Source: an uncultured delta proteobacterium
GTDB taxonomy: Bacteria > Desulfobacterota > Desulfomonilia > UBA1062
Direction of reading: 5' to 3'
DNA length: 64,000 nt
NCBI GenBank assembly: GCA_963798485.1
Contig: CAWCTR010000014.1
Coordinates: 64,001 to 128,000 of the forward strand
This document shows positions 1-10,094 of the stretch, piece by piece (the first letter of the stretch is position 1; every line of letters starts with the position of its first letter). The position numbers were made by a program, and so were the translations under genes. The notes under the pieces were generated by a model that had not been told where the DNA came from, searched no databases, and was given only the letters and a program-made list of their open reading frames with translations.

Positions 1-452
1 TCCTTGGCGCTGTCATCCTTCATCTCGATCAGCCGGTTGATGGCGCTTAAGATTTCCTGTTTCGGTGCGAGGATACGCTTGATGTCCTTGAGGTGCATGA
101 TACGCGAGATGTCGAAAAACGCCTCTTGCTCACCAGGGTCATGTACGGCCACTACCATGGTATCTTGCAGCATTTTTACCGGTACCATGACATACTTTCT
201 GAGATAGTTCACCGGCAGTTTGTCAAGCACGGCAGGATCCACCTCCAACGCGCTGATGGTCTGGACTGAAGGGATGTCCCACTGTCTTGAAAGCGCACTG
301 ACCATGTCATGGTCGTTTACCGCGCCGGTAATCACCAGGGCGTCCTTCAGCGGAATGCCTCGTTCACTCTGCACGGATCTGGCCTTTTCGAGGGAGGCCA
401 CATCAAGTAGCTGCATTTCGAACAGCACGTTCTCAAGGCTTGTTCTTATCAT
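1..452 (-). CDS. gspE: Type II secretion ATPase GspE/PilB family, N-terminal part (runs off the window start)
   Basis: ATG at 452 overlaps the gspD end. The open frame MIRTSLENVLFEMQLLD...KYVMVPVKMLQDTMVVAVHDP...KQEILSAINR resembles the GspE N1 domain. It lies directly downstream of gspD. Confidence 0.8.
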   Translation of the reverse strand, partial: MIRTSLENVLFEMQLLDVASLEKARSVQSERGIPLKDALVITGAVNDHDMVSALSRQWDIPSVQTISALEVDPAVLDKLPVNYLRKYVMVPVKMLQDTMVVAVHDPGEQEAFFDISRIMHLKDIKRILAPKQEILSAINRLIEMKDDSAK

Positions 453-2652
453 CCGACTTTCCCTTTTTCGAGGTGTCCAACGTTTCCTTTATCATCTCAG
501 CTTCACGGTCCTTCTCACGGTAGAGAACCTGCGCCTTATCATTCGTATCGATGATGTAGGGTGTGAGGAAGATATAGAGATTGGTCTTCTGCCTTGTCCT
601 GCTAATCGTTTTAAACAGATAGCCCAGGATCGGTATGTCCCCGAGGAACGGCACCCGGTTATTGCCCAGCGAGAGGGTATCACCTATGAGGCCGCCGATG
701 ACCATAGTGGAACCATCGTGCACGTTCACCACCGTGCTGGCGGACCGTTTCAGGGTTGTCGGGGCGTACAGCTGAGATCCGGTGCCTTGCACAAGGGTGG
801 AAGTTTCCGTGTAGAGCTTCATGCGTATATCGCCCTGTTGGTTGATCTGGGGGGTGAGCTTCAGGGTAACCCCCACATCGCGGTAATCGAAGGTCTGTAC
901 CGTATTGTTTAGGTTGGTCGTGTCCGTAGTCTGATTCGTAAGGTAAGGGACATTCGAACCTACCTTGATCTCCGCCTCCTGGTTGTCCATGGTGAGGATC
1001 TGGGGTGTGGAAATAACGTTCACATCCGTGTCATTGGCCATAGCATTGATAAAGGAGGACATATTGGGGAAGGTGAGCGAAGTGCTTCCTTGTTTAATGG
1101 TGATGGCCTCACCTATAACACCCAGAAGCGGACCGGTAGGGAGATCGCTTGGGCTGGTGATAAAGCTGCTTCCGGTTCTCCCGATAACCGCCCCTGTCTT
1201 GTTTTGTTGATCATAATTAAACTCACTTGCCAAGGTCGACTGCACCCCAAAATTAAAGTCATGTTCGGTGTTCACCTCCATGATAAGGGCCTTGACATAG
1301 ACCTGCTTTCGCTGGATGTCGAGATACTTGATGGTCTCTAACAGGCTCTTATAGGCATAGGGGTCTGCATAGATTATGAGTGAATTCGTCTCCTTGTCCG
1401 GACTGATCTTGATGTTCTGCTCCTTCAGGGCAGGATTCTGGGTTGTCTTTGGTGCTGCCGGTTGTTGTGGTTGTGGCACCCCTTTCTGGCCTGCTGATGG
1501 TGTCACCGGCGCCTCAGGGTTCGCGGGTGTTGGTATTTCGGTTAAGACCTTGGCCATGTCTTCTGCATTGGCATACTGGAGATAGACTACGTGAATATCC
1601 TCTTTTCCTGACGGGGTAGGTATATCGAGTTTCTTGATAAGCTCTTCGATGCCGCTGACATCAGGGGGTGCCGCCAGCACGATGAGTGAATTGGTCCTCT
1701 CATAGGGAATTATCTTTGTTGCGATTTTTGCCCCGGTCGCATCCGGCTGGCGCATGGTCCTCAACCGCTGCGCCTCATCCTGCTTTCCCTCGGAGAGGAT
1801 GTCATTGAGCTTGGATGCAAGGTCTGCCGCCGAGGCATAGGTGAGCGGGTATATTTTCACTTCCTGGGCAAACCCGGCCACATCAACCACCTTGAGTATA
1901 TCCATGAGTTTCTTGATGTTCGACTTGTTGTCGGTGACGATCAGGACATTGCTCTGGGGGTATGACAGAAGCTGGGATGAGGCCTTGGACATGAGCGGTG
2001 AGAGCAGGTTTTTAATGTCATTGGCGTCTACATACTTGAGCTGGATGATCTGGGTGACCATGGTGTCGTCTTTCTGCTGTGGAGGTTCCATGGTGGTTTC
2101 CAGGCTCTTGGTTATGGCATCTGCGGACCTGACAATCTTTGTTACCCCGCCCATATCGACCGTGCCGAAACCGTTTACCTCCAGCACACTCAAGAATACC
2201 CGGTATGCTTCGTCCAATGACATTTTCCTCGGAGAGATAACCGTAATCTTGCCGGTAACCTTGTCGTCGATGATAAAGTTCTTGCCGGTAATGTCAGCGA
2301 TGAACTTGATAAAAACCTTGATATCCACCCCGTCAAAGTCCATGGTTATGAACTGTCCGCCCGAGCCTGCCGCGTTTCTTGTGATCGGCTGTCTTGTATT
2401 GGCGGCCGTCGTGGTTGCCGAAGAATCACTCTGGGGGGTAAGGGCCTCTTGAGAGGTGCTGTTGTTTGTTCCAACCTTGGATTTCTTTATGACCGGCTGC
2501 TTTACCGTGCTTGCAGCCTTGGGCTTCTCAGGCGTGGTCTGCTGTGGTACAGGCGCAGGCGCATCATCCTCGATAAGCCTGGCAGCCCATACACCGGAGA
2601 CGCACACAACCAAGATCAGAACAGCAACAGATATGACCCTGTGTATATCCAT
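433..2652 (-). CDS. gspD: Type II secretion secretin GspD
   Basis: Signal peptide, N0 motif ITMDFDGVDIKVFIKFIADITGKNFIID, secretin C-domain STPQILTMDNQEAEIKVG...VPFLGDIPILGYLF. Confidence 0.95.
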   Translation of the reverse strand: MDIHRVISVAVLILVVCVSGVWAARLIEDDAPAPVPQQTTPEKPKAASTVKQPVIKKSKVGTNNSTSQEALTPQSDSSATTTAANTRQPITRNAAGSGGQFITMDFDGVDIKVFIKFIADITGKNFIIDDKVTGKITVISPRKMSLDEAYRVFLSVLEVNGFGTVDMGGVTKIVRSADAITKSLETTMEPPQQKDDTMVTQIIQLKYVDANDIKNLLSPLMSKASSQLLSYPQSNVLIVTDNKSNIKKLMDILKVVDVAGFAQEVKIYPLTYASAADLASKLNDILSEGKQDEAQRLRTMRQPDATGAKIATKIIPYERTNSLIVLAAPPDVSGIEELIKKLDIPTPSGKEDIHVVYLQYANAEDMAKVLTEIPTPANPEAPVTPSAGQKGVPQPQQPAAPKTTQNPALKEQNIKISPDKETNSLIIYADPYAYKSLLETIKYLDIQRKQVYVKALIMEVNTEHDFNFGVQSTLASEFNYDQQNKTGAVIGRTGSSFITSPSDLPTGPLLGVIGEAITIKQGSTSLTFPNMSSFINAMANDTDVNVISTPQILTMDNQEAEIKVGSNVPYLTNQTTDTTNLNNTVQTFDYRDVGVTLKLTPQINQQGDIRMKLYTETSTLVQGTGSQLYAPTTLKRSASTVVNVHDGSTMVIGGLIGDTLSLGNNRVPFLGDIPILGYLFKTISRTRQKTNLYIFLTPYIIDTNDKAQVLYREKDREAEMIKETLDTSKKGKSDDKNKP

Positions 2653-2668
2653 GTTCCCCCCTTATTCA

Positions 2669-3388
2669 TCACTGCGCGCGAATAATGTCTTCAAATTCCC
2701 TACTGCCTTTGAGCGAAGCCAGGTCGGGATCACGCCGCGCCCATAGCCTCGCCTCAGGCTGCATGCTGCATGCCTGTCGTAAAGATGAAAGCGCTGCATC
2801 ATTCTTTTTCAGTCTCGCATAGGCGCAGGCCATGTTGTAAAAGGGTTCCACATAGTCTGCCGAATATCTTCGCGCCTGGATGAAAAATGTCAACGCCTTT
2901 GCAGGATCTCCTTTAGCTAATAGCACACTCCCCATATTATTCAATAACCGGGCATCATTCGGTTTAAGCTTCCTCACGGTTGTATAGGTTTCAAATGCCT
3001 TATCATAGAACTTGATCTCATAGTAGAGGCTGCCGAGTCTCAGGTATGCCTCGGCAAATGCGGGATTCCTGGAGATGACCTGAGAATACGCATGAATGGC
3101 GTCCGTCATCTGTCCCTTGGAGCGCAGCCTGTCGGCTTTATTCATGAGGTCGAGAATCCGACCCGTATCCTCCTGTACCGGTTGTTCCACTTCATGGCCG
3201 ACAGTACGGGCCTTACCGATAATCCCGATGCCGTAGAGTAATGCCGTGGTAAGTGCCGAACCCAAAAGAATAGCTGCAATGATAATCCAGTAGATCCTGT
3301 GTGACCGGCCCCCCTCACTCACAATCGCACTGGACGCAACGTGCCTGTTCATCTGGGTCCTCTTGAGGGCCTCGTAAATGGAGCTCAT
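2669..3388 (-). CDS. GspB-like membrane-anchored TPR protein
   Basis: N-terminus MSSIYEALKR resembles the GspB/ExeB N-terminal motif. One TM helix is followed by TPR repeats. The gene overlaps the gspA stop. Confidence 0.7.
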   Translation of the reverse strand: MSSIYEALKRTQMNRHVASSAIVSEGGRSHRIYWIIIAAILLGSALTTALLYGIGIIGKARTVGHEVEQPVQEDTGRILDLMNKADRLRSKGQMTDAIHAYSQVISRNPAFAEAYLRLGSLYYEIKFYDKAFETYTTVRKLKPNDARLLNNMGSVLLAKGDPAKALTFFIQARRYSADYVEPFYNMACAYARLKKNDAALSSLRQACSMQPEARLWARRDPDLASLKGSREFEDIIRAQ

Positions 3389-4941
3389 CTGCCACCTTCT
3401 GCGATATTACGTAAAAGCACCAAGGTCTCTGGGCCCGTGATGCCATCCCTCTTGAGACCGAAGACCTCCTGAAATTTTTCCACCCCGTGTACCGTCTCAA
3501 CCCCGTATACCCCGTCAGGCATAATGGCAAGCATACCGAGGCGGAACAGGACTTTCTGTATTTTCTCCACCTCATCACCGGCCGTGTTTATGCTGTATAT
3601 GGTCTCATGAAGGGGTTTCGCATAGGGGACCATGACATTCCACCGGTAAAGGTTCTTGAATTCATCTAGGGGGATCTCAATAACAGCCCTGTTTTTTCCA
3701 ACCACCCGGACAAATGACGCCTCCGTCTTAAGCATGACGAGATAACCGCCGTCCATGGAAACAATTGCCGATGATGGAAGGTACTTGAGGTAATCCGGCT
3801 GGGGATGAAGGTTCAGGGCATCGGGCCCGGCAAGCCCGTCGGGCAGCTGGCTTAAGATATCCAAGGCGACGTTATAGTCCGACATTATCCAGTCCTTTGA
3901 ATCATGCCTTGGCGGCACATGCCCCTTTGCAGGCACATCGGAGGGGGCCTGCGGTGTTACGGATGCCTCCTGAACCGATGCCGCTGTTTTCTGGTCTTTT
4001 ACACTCACCTTAGCTCCCGGCATTTCAAAGCGGTGTGGAAAAACTCCAGGCCAGACAATGACGGCCATCAATACCGCCAGGGCACTGAGCACGGGCACTA
4101 TTAACTTATGTATGATCTTGGGTCGGGAGTAGTTTCCTCGGAGTTCCCGGATGGCGCCGAGCACAATGCGTGAGGTAATCCTTTTTGTGGCCTTTAAATA
4201 ACCAATGAGCAACGAGCGCTCTGCAACCGCATTGATCCTTCTTGGTATACCACGGGAATGACGATAGATGAGTCTGAGTGCCAAGGCAGTAAAGGTAATA
4301 TCACCACGGGCCCCCGATATGATAAGCCTGTGATTGATGTAGCTTTTTGTGTCCCTTAGGCTCAAAGGCCAAATATGGTATCTCAGTACTATCCTGTCAT
4401 CGAGCTGCTTCATGTTAGGTGAGGCCAGGACCTTTACAAGCTCGGGTTGCCCAACCAGGACGATCTGGAGGAGTTTTTCCTTTTCGGTCTCCAGGTTCGA
4501 CAGCATACGGATCTGCTCGAGGACATCCATTGAGAGATTCTGGCACTCATCGATGATGAGCACGGCATTCTCTCCTGCAACGAATACGTTGATGAGGAAG
4601 TCGTAGAGCTCATCAAGCAAGGCCTTTTTCGAGCTGGACAAAGCATTTAAACCGAAATCCTGGTTGATTGTCTGAAGAAGCTCTATGTCCGACAGCGCAG
4701 GGTTCAATACGAGTGCCGTACGCACCGTCTTGGGAAGGATTCCGAGCAAGGCCCTGCAGATGGTTGTTTTGCCTGCGCCCACTTCGCCGGTTATCATGAT
4801 GAAGCCTTTGCGCTGATCTATCCCATAGCGCAGATATGACAGCGCTTCCTCGTGCGCCTTGGACAAAAAGAGGAACTTCGGATCCGGGGTGACATTGAAA
4901 GGGTTCTCTGATAACCCGAAGTACTGCTCAAACATGCTCAT
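3385..4941 (-). CDS. gspA: GspA/ExeA AAA ATPase with C-terminal peptidoglycan-binding domain
   Basis: PFNVTPDPKFLF, Walker A GEVGAGKT, Walker B LIIDE, LVGQPEL, a TM helix, and a PG-binding motif DGVYG...FQ...GLKRDGITGPET. Confidence 0.9.
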   Translation of the reverse strand: MSMFEQYFGLSENPFNVTPDPKFLFLSKAHEEALSYLRYGIDQRKGFIMITGEVGAGKTTICRALLGILPKTVRTALVLNPALSDIELLQTINQDFGLNALSSSKKALLDELYDFLINVFVAGENAVLIIDECQNLSMDVLEQIRMLSNLETEKEKLLQIVLVGQPELVKVLASPNMKQLDDRIVLRYHIWPLSLRDTKSYINHRLIISGARGDITFTALALRLIYRHSRGIPRRINAVAERSLLIGYLKATKRITSRIVLGAIRELRGNYSRPKIIHKLIVPVLSALAVLMAVIVWPGVFPHRFEMPGAKVSVKDQKTAASVQEASVTPQAPSDVPAKGHVPPRHDSKDWIMSDYNVALDILSQLPDGLAGPDALNLHPQPDYLKYLPSSAIVSMDGGYLVMLKTEASFVRVVGKNRAVIEIPLDEFKNLYRWNVMVPYAKPLHETIYSINTAGDEVEKIQKVLFRLGMLAIMPDGVYGVETVHGVEKFQEVFGLKRDGITGPETLVLLRNIAEGGR

Positions 4942-4958
4942 CCGTCCCAGTCATAACG

Positions 4959-5810
4959 TCACTTCAGCGGCACACTCACCGTGGTGGTTGTTCCTTGCCG
5001 CTCGATCTCCACTTGCACATTTGTATTGCTCTGGAGTTCCTGGTAGGCATTCAGGGCATCCTGCGGGGTGCGGATAGGCACGCCGTTTATTGACTTGATT
5101 ATATCGCCGGTGCGCACACCGAGCTCATAAACCTTCGCTCCTTCAGCAACGTCGCTCACCCTGAATCCATAGGGCTGACCTCCACGATAGTATGGGACTA
5201 CCCGGGCGCTCCCTAATAACTGGTCCATGTTTTTCATGGCATCCGGCACACCGCCGGCGCCTGCAACAGAGTTTCCAACTGGGAATCTCGGATTTCTGCC
5301 CGTCCTGGCGGTCCTTGAAGCAAGCCCTGGTCCGGATTTAGTTTCTTCAATCACAAGCATTTTCTGCTGGCCGTTCACATCCATGATCACCTTGTTTCTG
5401 AATATTGCTATGAGAGTTGCCCCCTTAAGGGTATCGCCGATACGGTAGAGTTTTTGAGCGTTCGACTCCTCAATGATGGCCCTGGCAATTTCGCTGGGGC
5501 CTGTTATGGTGCCTTTAAGAAAAATCCCCATTTCAGCAAGCGGCCTTTCCGCATCGCCGGCAATGGGCTGATCCTGGCCTGTGGGCCGCGCCTTGGCAAC
5601 CTTGAGGAGGTCACGGTTGAGGATAACCTCGTAAGTGCCCTTGGTCTTCAGTGGTTTGTTTAGGCTTAAGCCGGCCGCCGGGGCAACCTTCTGGGGCCTA
5701 GGTGGGTTATAGAGTGCATGGCCTAATATCGTGGTTATGATCCCTGCAAGCACCCATATGAACAAGGTGATCATCACCATTGTTGCAATCAGCTTATAGC
5801 GTCTGTCCAT
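4959..5810 (-). CDS. gspC: Type II secretion protein GspC (TM + HR + PDZ)
   Basis: N-terminal TM, LKGTITG..AIIE..QKLYRIGD, C-terminal PDZ (GVRTGDIIKSING). Confidence 0.9.
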   Translation of the reverse strand: MDRRYKLIATMVMITLFIWVLAGIITTILGHALYNPPRPQKVAPAAGLSLNKPLKTKGTYEVILNRDLLKVAKARPTGQDQPIAGDAERPLAEMGIFLKGTITGPSEIARAIIEESNAQKLYRIGDTLKGATLIAIFRNKVIMDVNGQQKMLVIEETKSGPGLASRTARTGRNPRFPVGNSVAGAGGVPDAMKNMDQLLGSARVVPYYRGGQPYGFRVSDVAEGAKVYELGVRTGDIIKSINGVPIRTPQDALNAYQELQSNTNVQVEIERQGTTTTVSVPLK

Positions 5811-5817
5811 CTATAGT

Positions 5818-7836
5818 CTAGACCCTGTCAAACCCATAGAACCTCATGCTGAAGCTCCCCCTTCCTCGTGTCAATGACCGCAGGGCGGTGGAATAGCCAA
5901 AGGTGTTCGACAAGGGAATATATGCCTTGATTTGGTGATATTTCCCCTTGATGACCACACCCTCTATGCTCGCCTTCCGGGCCGATAGATCTCCCACAAC
6001 ATCCCCCACATAGTCTTCAGGAGCTAATGCGTCAAGCTCCATAATGGGCTCAAGCTGGATCACACCGGATTTTTTCATGGCATCCTGCAGGGCCATTTGA
6101 GAGGCAATCTTCAGACCCTGGCCGGTGGTCTTGTCGGTAAGCACCACCTTATCCACGTGAACATCAATGTCCACCACCTCGTAACCGAACATGGGATCGG
6201 CCAGGCATGCCTCCGCAAGGCCGTTCATGAGATAATCTTTTAAACCGTTTTCAAGTGCCTGGTCCAGATGGAACGAATTTCCGATGCCTCTCTTGGCAGG
6301 TTTTATATTCAGCTCTACATGCCCGTAATGTGCGTTATCGCCGATGAGCTTATCGAATATCTTCTGGGCCTGTGAAGGTTTATCGATAGATGCACAATAC
6401 AGCACCTGGGGCTTGCCCACATTGATGTCCACCCCAAAAGCAGTCTTGAATCGATCAAGGGCGATCTCCAGGTGAAGCTCCCCCATGCCGGCAAGTATCA
6501 CCTGGCCGGTATCCGGGTCTTCATGAACCTTGATTGTCGGGTCTTCCTCCATGATCTTGCGCATGGCCTCAAAAAGACGCTCGGATGACTCCGAGGTCTT
6601 GGGTTCGATGGCAACCGATATAACGGGCTTCTGTACGTCAATGGTCTCAAGCACCAACGTTTCGCCCTGGATCATGATGGTGTCGCCTGTTACAGAGTCC
6701 TTCAGGCCTACGGCAGCAACAATGTCGCCTGCCGATGCCTGTTCGATACGCTGCTTCTGATGGGCATGCATGGAGAACAGGCGTGCGACCTTCTCGGATG
6801 TCTCCCGTGTGCTGTTGTATACATCATCACCTACATGGAGCGTTCCGGAATACAACCGTAAGTATACCATCCTCCTGCCTTCATCCATGTATACCTTGAA
6901 TACGTATGCAACAAGGGGCCCTTTCGGGTCCGGATGGATGAGGACCTCTTCAAGAGATTTTTTTGAATGGGCTACAACAGGCTTTACTTCCATCGGTGAA
7001 GGCAGGTAATCTATCACCGCATCGATCAGGGTCTGGATACCTTTGTTCTTCAGTGCGGAACCGCACAGTACAGGGACCAGTTTCTCGTCTATCGTGACCT
7101 TGCGTATGGCCTGCTTTATCTTTTTTTCATCCGGCTGTTCACCGGCAAGAAACTTTTCCATAATCTCGTCGTTAAAGTCAGAGAGCCTCTCCAGCATATT
7201 ATCACGGGCCAGCACAGCCTCTTGGACGATCTCTTCGGGTATGGGCGATGCCACGAAATTGGCCCCTAAGGTATCATCGTCCCAGACAAGCCTCTGCATG
7301 GTTATGAGGTCAATGACACCCTTGAAGGTATCCTGCTCATAGTAGGGGATCTGGATGGGAAGCGGCGTCACCTCCAAGCGTGTCCTGATCTGATCGAGCA
7401 CGGATTTGAAGTCGGCCCCCATGCGGTCCAGCTTATTGATGAAGGCCATGGCCGGGACATGGTATTTCCTGGCCTGCTGCCATACAGTCTCGGTCTGGGC
7501 CTCAACACCGCCGACAGCGCAGAGGATTACCACCGCCCCATCGAGCACCCGCAGCGACCGCTCGACCTCGATGGTAAAATCCACATGGCCGGGTGTGTCG
7601 ATGATGTGGATATCATGGTTGTTCCATTCACAGGTCGTGACGGCCGAGGTGATGGTGATGCCTCGCTCCTGCTCCTGAGGCATCCAGTCCATGGTGGCCT
7701 GGCCGTCGTGCACCTCGCCCATGCGGTGGATCTTGCCGGTGTAGTAGAGGACCCTTTCTGTTACCGTTGTCTTGCCCGCATCGATATGGGCGACGAAACC
7801 AATGTTCCTCACCCTTGAGAGATTTCTTGTTTTCAT
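5818..7836 (-). CDS. fusA: Elongation factor G paralogue (EF-G2-like, outside the str operon)
   Basis: AHIDAGKTT, QERGITITSA, DTPGHVDF, NKLD, GMGELHL. Start moved to ATG 7836 (MKTRNL). Domain IV is divergent. Confidence 0.9.
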   Translation of the reverse strand: MKTRNLSRVRNIGFVAHIDAGKTTVTERVLYYTGKIHRMGEVHDGQATMDWMPQEQERGITITSAVTTCEWNNHDIHIIDTPGHVDFTIEVERSLRVLDGAVVILCAVGGVEAQTETVWQQARKYHVPAMAFINKLDRMGADFKSVLDQIRTRLEVTPLPIQIPYYEQDTFKGVIDLITMQRLVWDDDTLGANFVASPIPEEIVQEAVLARDNMLERLSDFNDEIMEKFLAGEQPDEKKIKQAIRKVTIDEKLVPVLCGSALKNKGIQTLIDAVIDYLPSPMEVKPVVAHSKKSLEEVLIHPDPKGPLVAYVFKVYMDEGRRMVYLRLYSGTLHVGDDVYNSTRETSEKVARLFSMHAHQKQRIEQASAGDIVAAVGLKDSVTGDTIMIQGETLVLETIDVQKPVISVAIEPKTSESSERLFEAMRKIMEEDPTIKVHEDPDTGQVILAGMGELHLEIALDRFKTAFGVDINVGKPQVLYCASIDKPSQAQKIFDKLIGDNAHYGHVELNIKPAKRGIGNSFHLDQALENGLKDYLMNGLAEACLADPMFGYEVVDIDVHVDKVVLTDKTTGQGLKIASQMALQDAMKKSGVIQLEPIMELDALAPEDYVGDVVGDLSARKASIEGVVIKGKYHQIKAYIPLSNTFGYSTALRSLTRGRGSFSMRFYGFDRV

Positions 7837-7856
7837 CGGGCTACTCACACCCTCTA

Positions 7857-8654
7857 TTATACACAAAGATCTACATCATATACATATTTCATTTCACGTC
7901 CGAGAAAATGCTCACCAAGCTCAATGAACCTCGGTGATGAGTCTGAAAGGTAATAGCTTATGTCCGAGCTCCCTGAACAATCACCCTGAGGTCCTACAAT
8001 CCCCTTGACCTCCCGTGCCGTGGAGAGCGCAGAGTCCACTATGGTTACGCCTTTTCCCATAACCTTTGAAAGAATATTTTTAAGCAGGGGATAATGGGTG
8101 CATCCGAGCAGGAGTGTGTCCACCCTTGAATGAATAATGTCTTTCAGGTAACGCCTGGCCACCTGCTCGGTGATCTCATCTTCATACCAGCCCTCCTCGA
8201 CCAAAGGTACGAATAGGGGGCATGCCTGGGGAAAGATCTCAAGACCTTGTTTTAAGGACCTCAACGTTTCCTCGTATGCATGGCTCTTTATGGTTGACGA
8301 GGTGCCGATGACACCGATCCTGCTTACAGCGCATTCCACGGCAGCCCTGGCTCCCGCCTCCACCACCCCGATGACCGGGAAGTGAAACTCGTCCTTCAGG
8401 GCGGTTATGGCATGGGCGCTTGCCGTATTACAAGCAATCACCAACATGTCGATATCCATGGAGGCAAGAAAGCGCGCGCACTGAAGGCTGTAGCGGATAA
8501 TGGTCCTGGACGACTTGGTGCCATAGGGCAGCCTCGCCGAGTCCCCGAGATAAACCATGTCCACACCGGGAACCAGCTCAAGAAGACACTTGAGGACCGT
8601 AAGCCCCCCTATTCCCGAATCGAACACTCCGATACGTGAGATCTTTTTATCCAT
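7857..8654 (-). CDS. murI: Glutamate racemase
   Basis: FDSGIGGLTV, PYGTKS, ACNTAS, LGCTHYP. Confidence 0.97.
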   Translation of the reverse strand: MDKKISRIGVFDSGIGGLTVLKCLLELVPGVDMVYLGDSARLPYGTKSSRTIIRYSLQCARFLASMDIDMLVIACNTASAHAITALKDEFHFPVIGVVEAGARAAVECAVSRIGVIGTSSTIKSHAYEETLRSLKQGLEIFPQACPLFVPLVEEGWYEDEITEQVARRYLKDIIHSRVDTLLLGCTHYPLLKNILSKVMGKGVTIVDSALSTAREVKGIVGPQGDCSGSSDISYYLSDSSPRFIELGEHFLGREMKYVYDVDLCV

Positions 8655-8714
8655 ACGGAATCAGCTTTCGCGCAGTTTAGCGTTAGAAAATTGGTTATCT
8701 GTCTAGTGCTTTTG

Positions 8715-8741
8715 CAAAGTACTGTCAAGAAAAGTCGATAA
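8715..8741 (+). promoter_or_regulatory. Sigma-28 (FliA)-like promoter candidate upstream of ompA
   Basis: CAAA-N15-GTCGATAA versus consensus TAAA-N15-GCCGATAA. Confidence 0.35.
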
Positions 8742-8873
8742 GCTTTTCGGGGACACAATACTCAGTGTTACACAAAATAATTGACTTTTTTGCTAATATC
8801 ATATGGTATTAAGTATCTATTTTCTTTGTTGGACATTGTAAGAGATGTGATGAATGAGGAGGATGTATTCTCT

Positions 8874-9962
8874 ATGAAAACTATTCGCATCATACATGCC
8901 GCCGCGTCATTAATCCTTTCCCTTTTTCTCCTCTATCCATCCGGGGCATATGCCGAGCTCAAACCTGGTACCATTAATATTACCCCATCTCTGGGCGGTT
9001 ACGATGTGGGCGGCGGTCTGCACTATGCCAGCGGAATGGACTGGGGTATAGGGGCCGGCTTGAACTTCTCTGAAGAACTTGGGAGTGAATTCAACTTTAA
9101 CTCAATTGAATCAAGAAGCGGCGGAGACAGCGGTAGGATCCTGCTTTATAGGTTCGACCTCCTCCTTCACCTGAAGGGCCTCCTTTCGGACAACACAGTT
9201 CCCTATGTTTCCCTCGGCCCCGGGTTAACCTCATATAAAAACAACGGCCTCGGCAACCAGAAGGGATATGACTTCATACTCGACCCCGGGTTCGGTCTGA
9301 AGCACTACCTCTTAAAGAACTTGGCCTTGAGGGGTGATGCGCGGTATATTATGGATTTCACGGGAAAGAATCTTCATCACAATCTGCTCTATAATGCCGG
9401 CCTCACCTTTGAATTCGGCCTGGATGACGAAAAACCCGCAGCCCCTGCGCCTGTTGAACCTGTTGCGGAAGAGATATGCCCTCCCGGACCTGACGGTTGT
9501 GTAGAAAAAGATTGGTGCAAGAAAGACAGCGATGGGGACGGGGTTCCTGACTGTCTTGACAAATGTCCGGATACTCCCAAAGGGATCAAGGTAGATGCCA
9601 ATGGCTGTCCGCCTGCTGCTGAGCAGGGCGTAATCATCTTCAGGAACATACTCTTCGACTTTGACAAGTCGAACATCAAACCGGAATCTTTTGCTGTCCT
9701 GGATGAGGTTGTTGAATATCTGGCGACAAACAAGGGTCTTAAGATGGAAATTCAGGGCCACACGGATAACAAAGGCACGGATGAATACAATATGAAACTA
9801 TCCTATAAACGCTCAGACTCAGTGAGAAACTATATCGTGGGCAAAGGGATCGCCCCGGAACGATTGAAGGTAAGCGGTTTCGGCTTTAGCAAGCCTGTTG
9901 CACCCAATGACACCGAAGAGAACAGGACCAGGAACAGGAGGGTGGAGTTCAAGCCCATCTAA
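8874..9962 (+). CDS. OmpA/OprF-family outer-membrane protein (beta-barrel + Cys-rich TSP3-like linker + OmpA_C)
   Basis: SD GAGGAGG before ATG 8874, signal peptide, DSDGDGVPDCLDKCP repeat, FDFDKS...GHTD...NMKLS.KR...NRRVEF. Confidence 0.9.
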   Translation: MKTIRIIHAAASLILSLFLLYPSGAYAELKPGTINITPSLGGYDVGGGLHYASGMDWGIGAGLNFSEELGSEFNFNSIESRSGGDSGRILLYRFDLLLHLKGLLSDNTVPYVSLGPGLTSYKNNGLGNQKGYDFILDPGFGLKHYLLKNLALRGDARYIMDFTGKNLHHNLLYNAGLTFEFGLDDEKPAAPAPVEPVAEEICPPGPDGCVEKDWCKKDSDGDGVPDCLDKCPDTPKGIKVDANGCPPAAEQGVIIFRNILFDFDKSNIKPESFAVLDEVVEYLATNKGLKMEIQGHTDNKGTDEYNMKLSYKRSDSVRNYIVGKGIAPERLKVSGFGFSKPVAPNDTEENRTRNRRVEFKPI

Positions 9963-9981
9963 AGTAACAGTTACCCTATCT

Positions 9982-10027
9982 AAAGAGAGCGGGTGAATAA
10001 GCCTGCTCTCTTTCTTTTAGTTTTTTT
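9982..10027 (+). terminator. Intrinsic terminator after ompA
   Basis: AAAGAGAGCGGG...CCTGCTCTCTTT hairpin followed by a T-rich tract. Confidence 0.8.
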
Positions 10028-10094
10028 ATAGTGGCGATACAAACGATCCTTGAGGTATAAGTCTCATAATTCTTTATTAGTGTCCGGAGGGACT

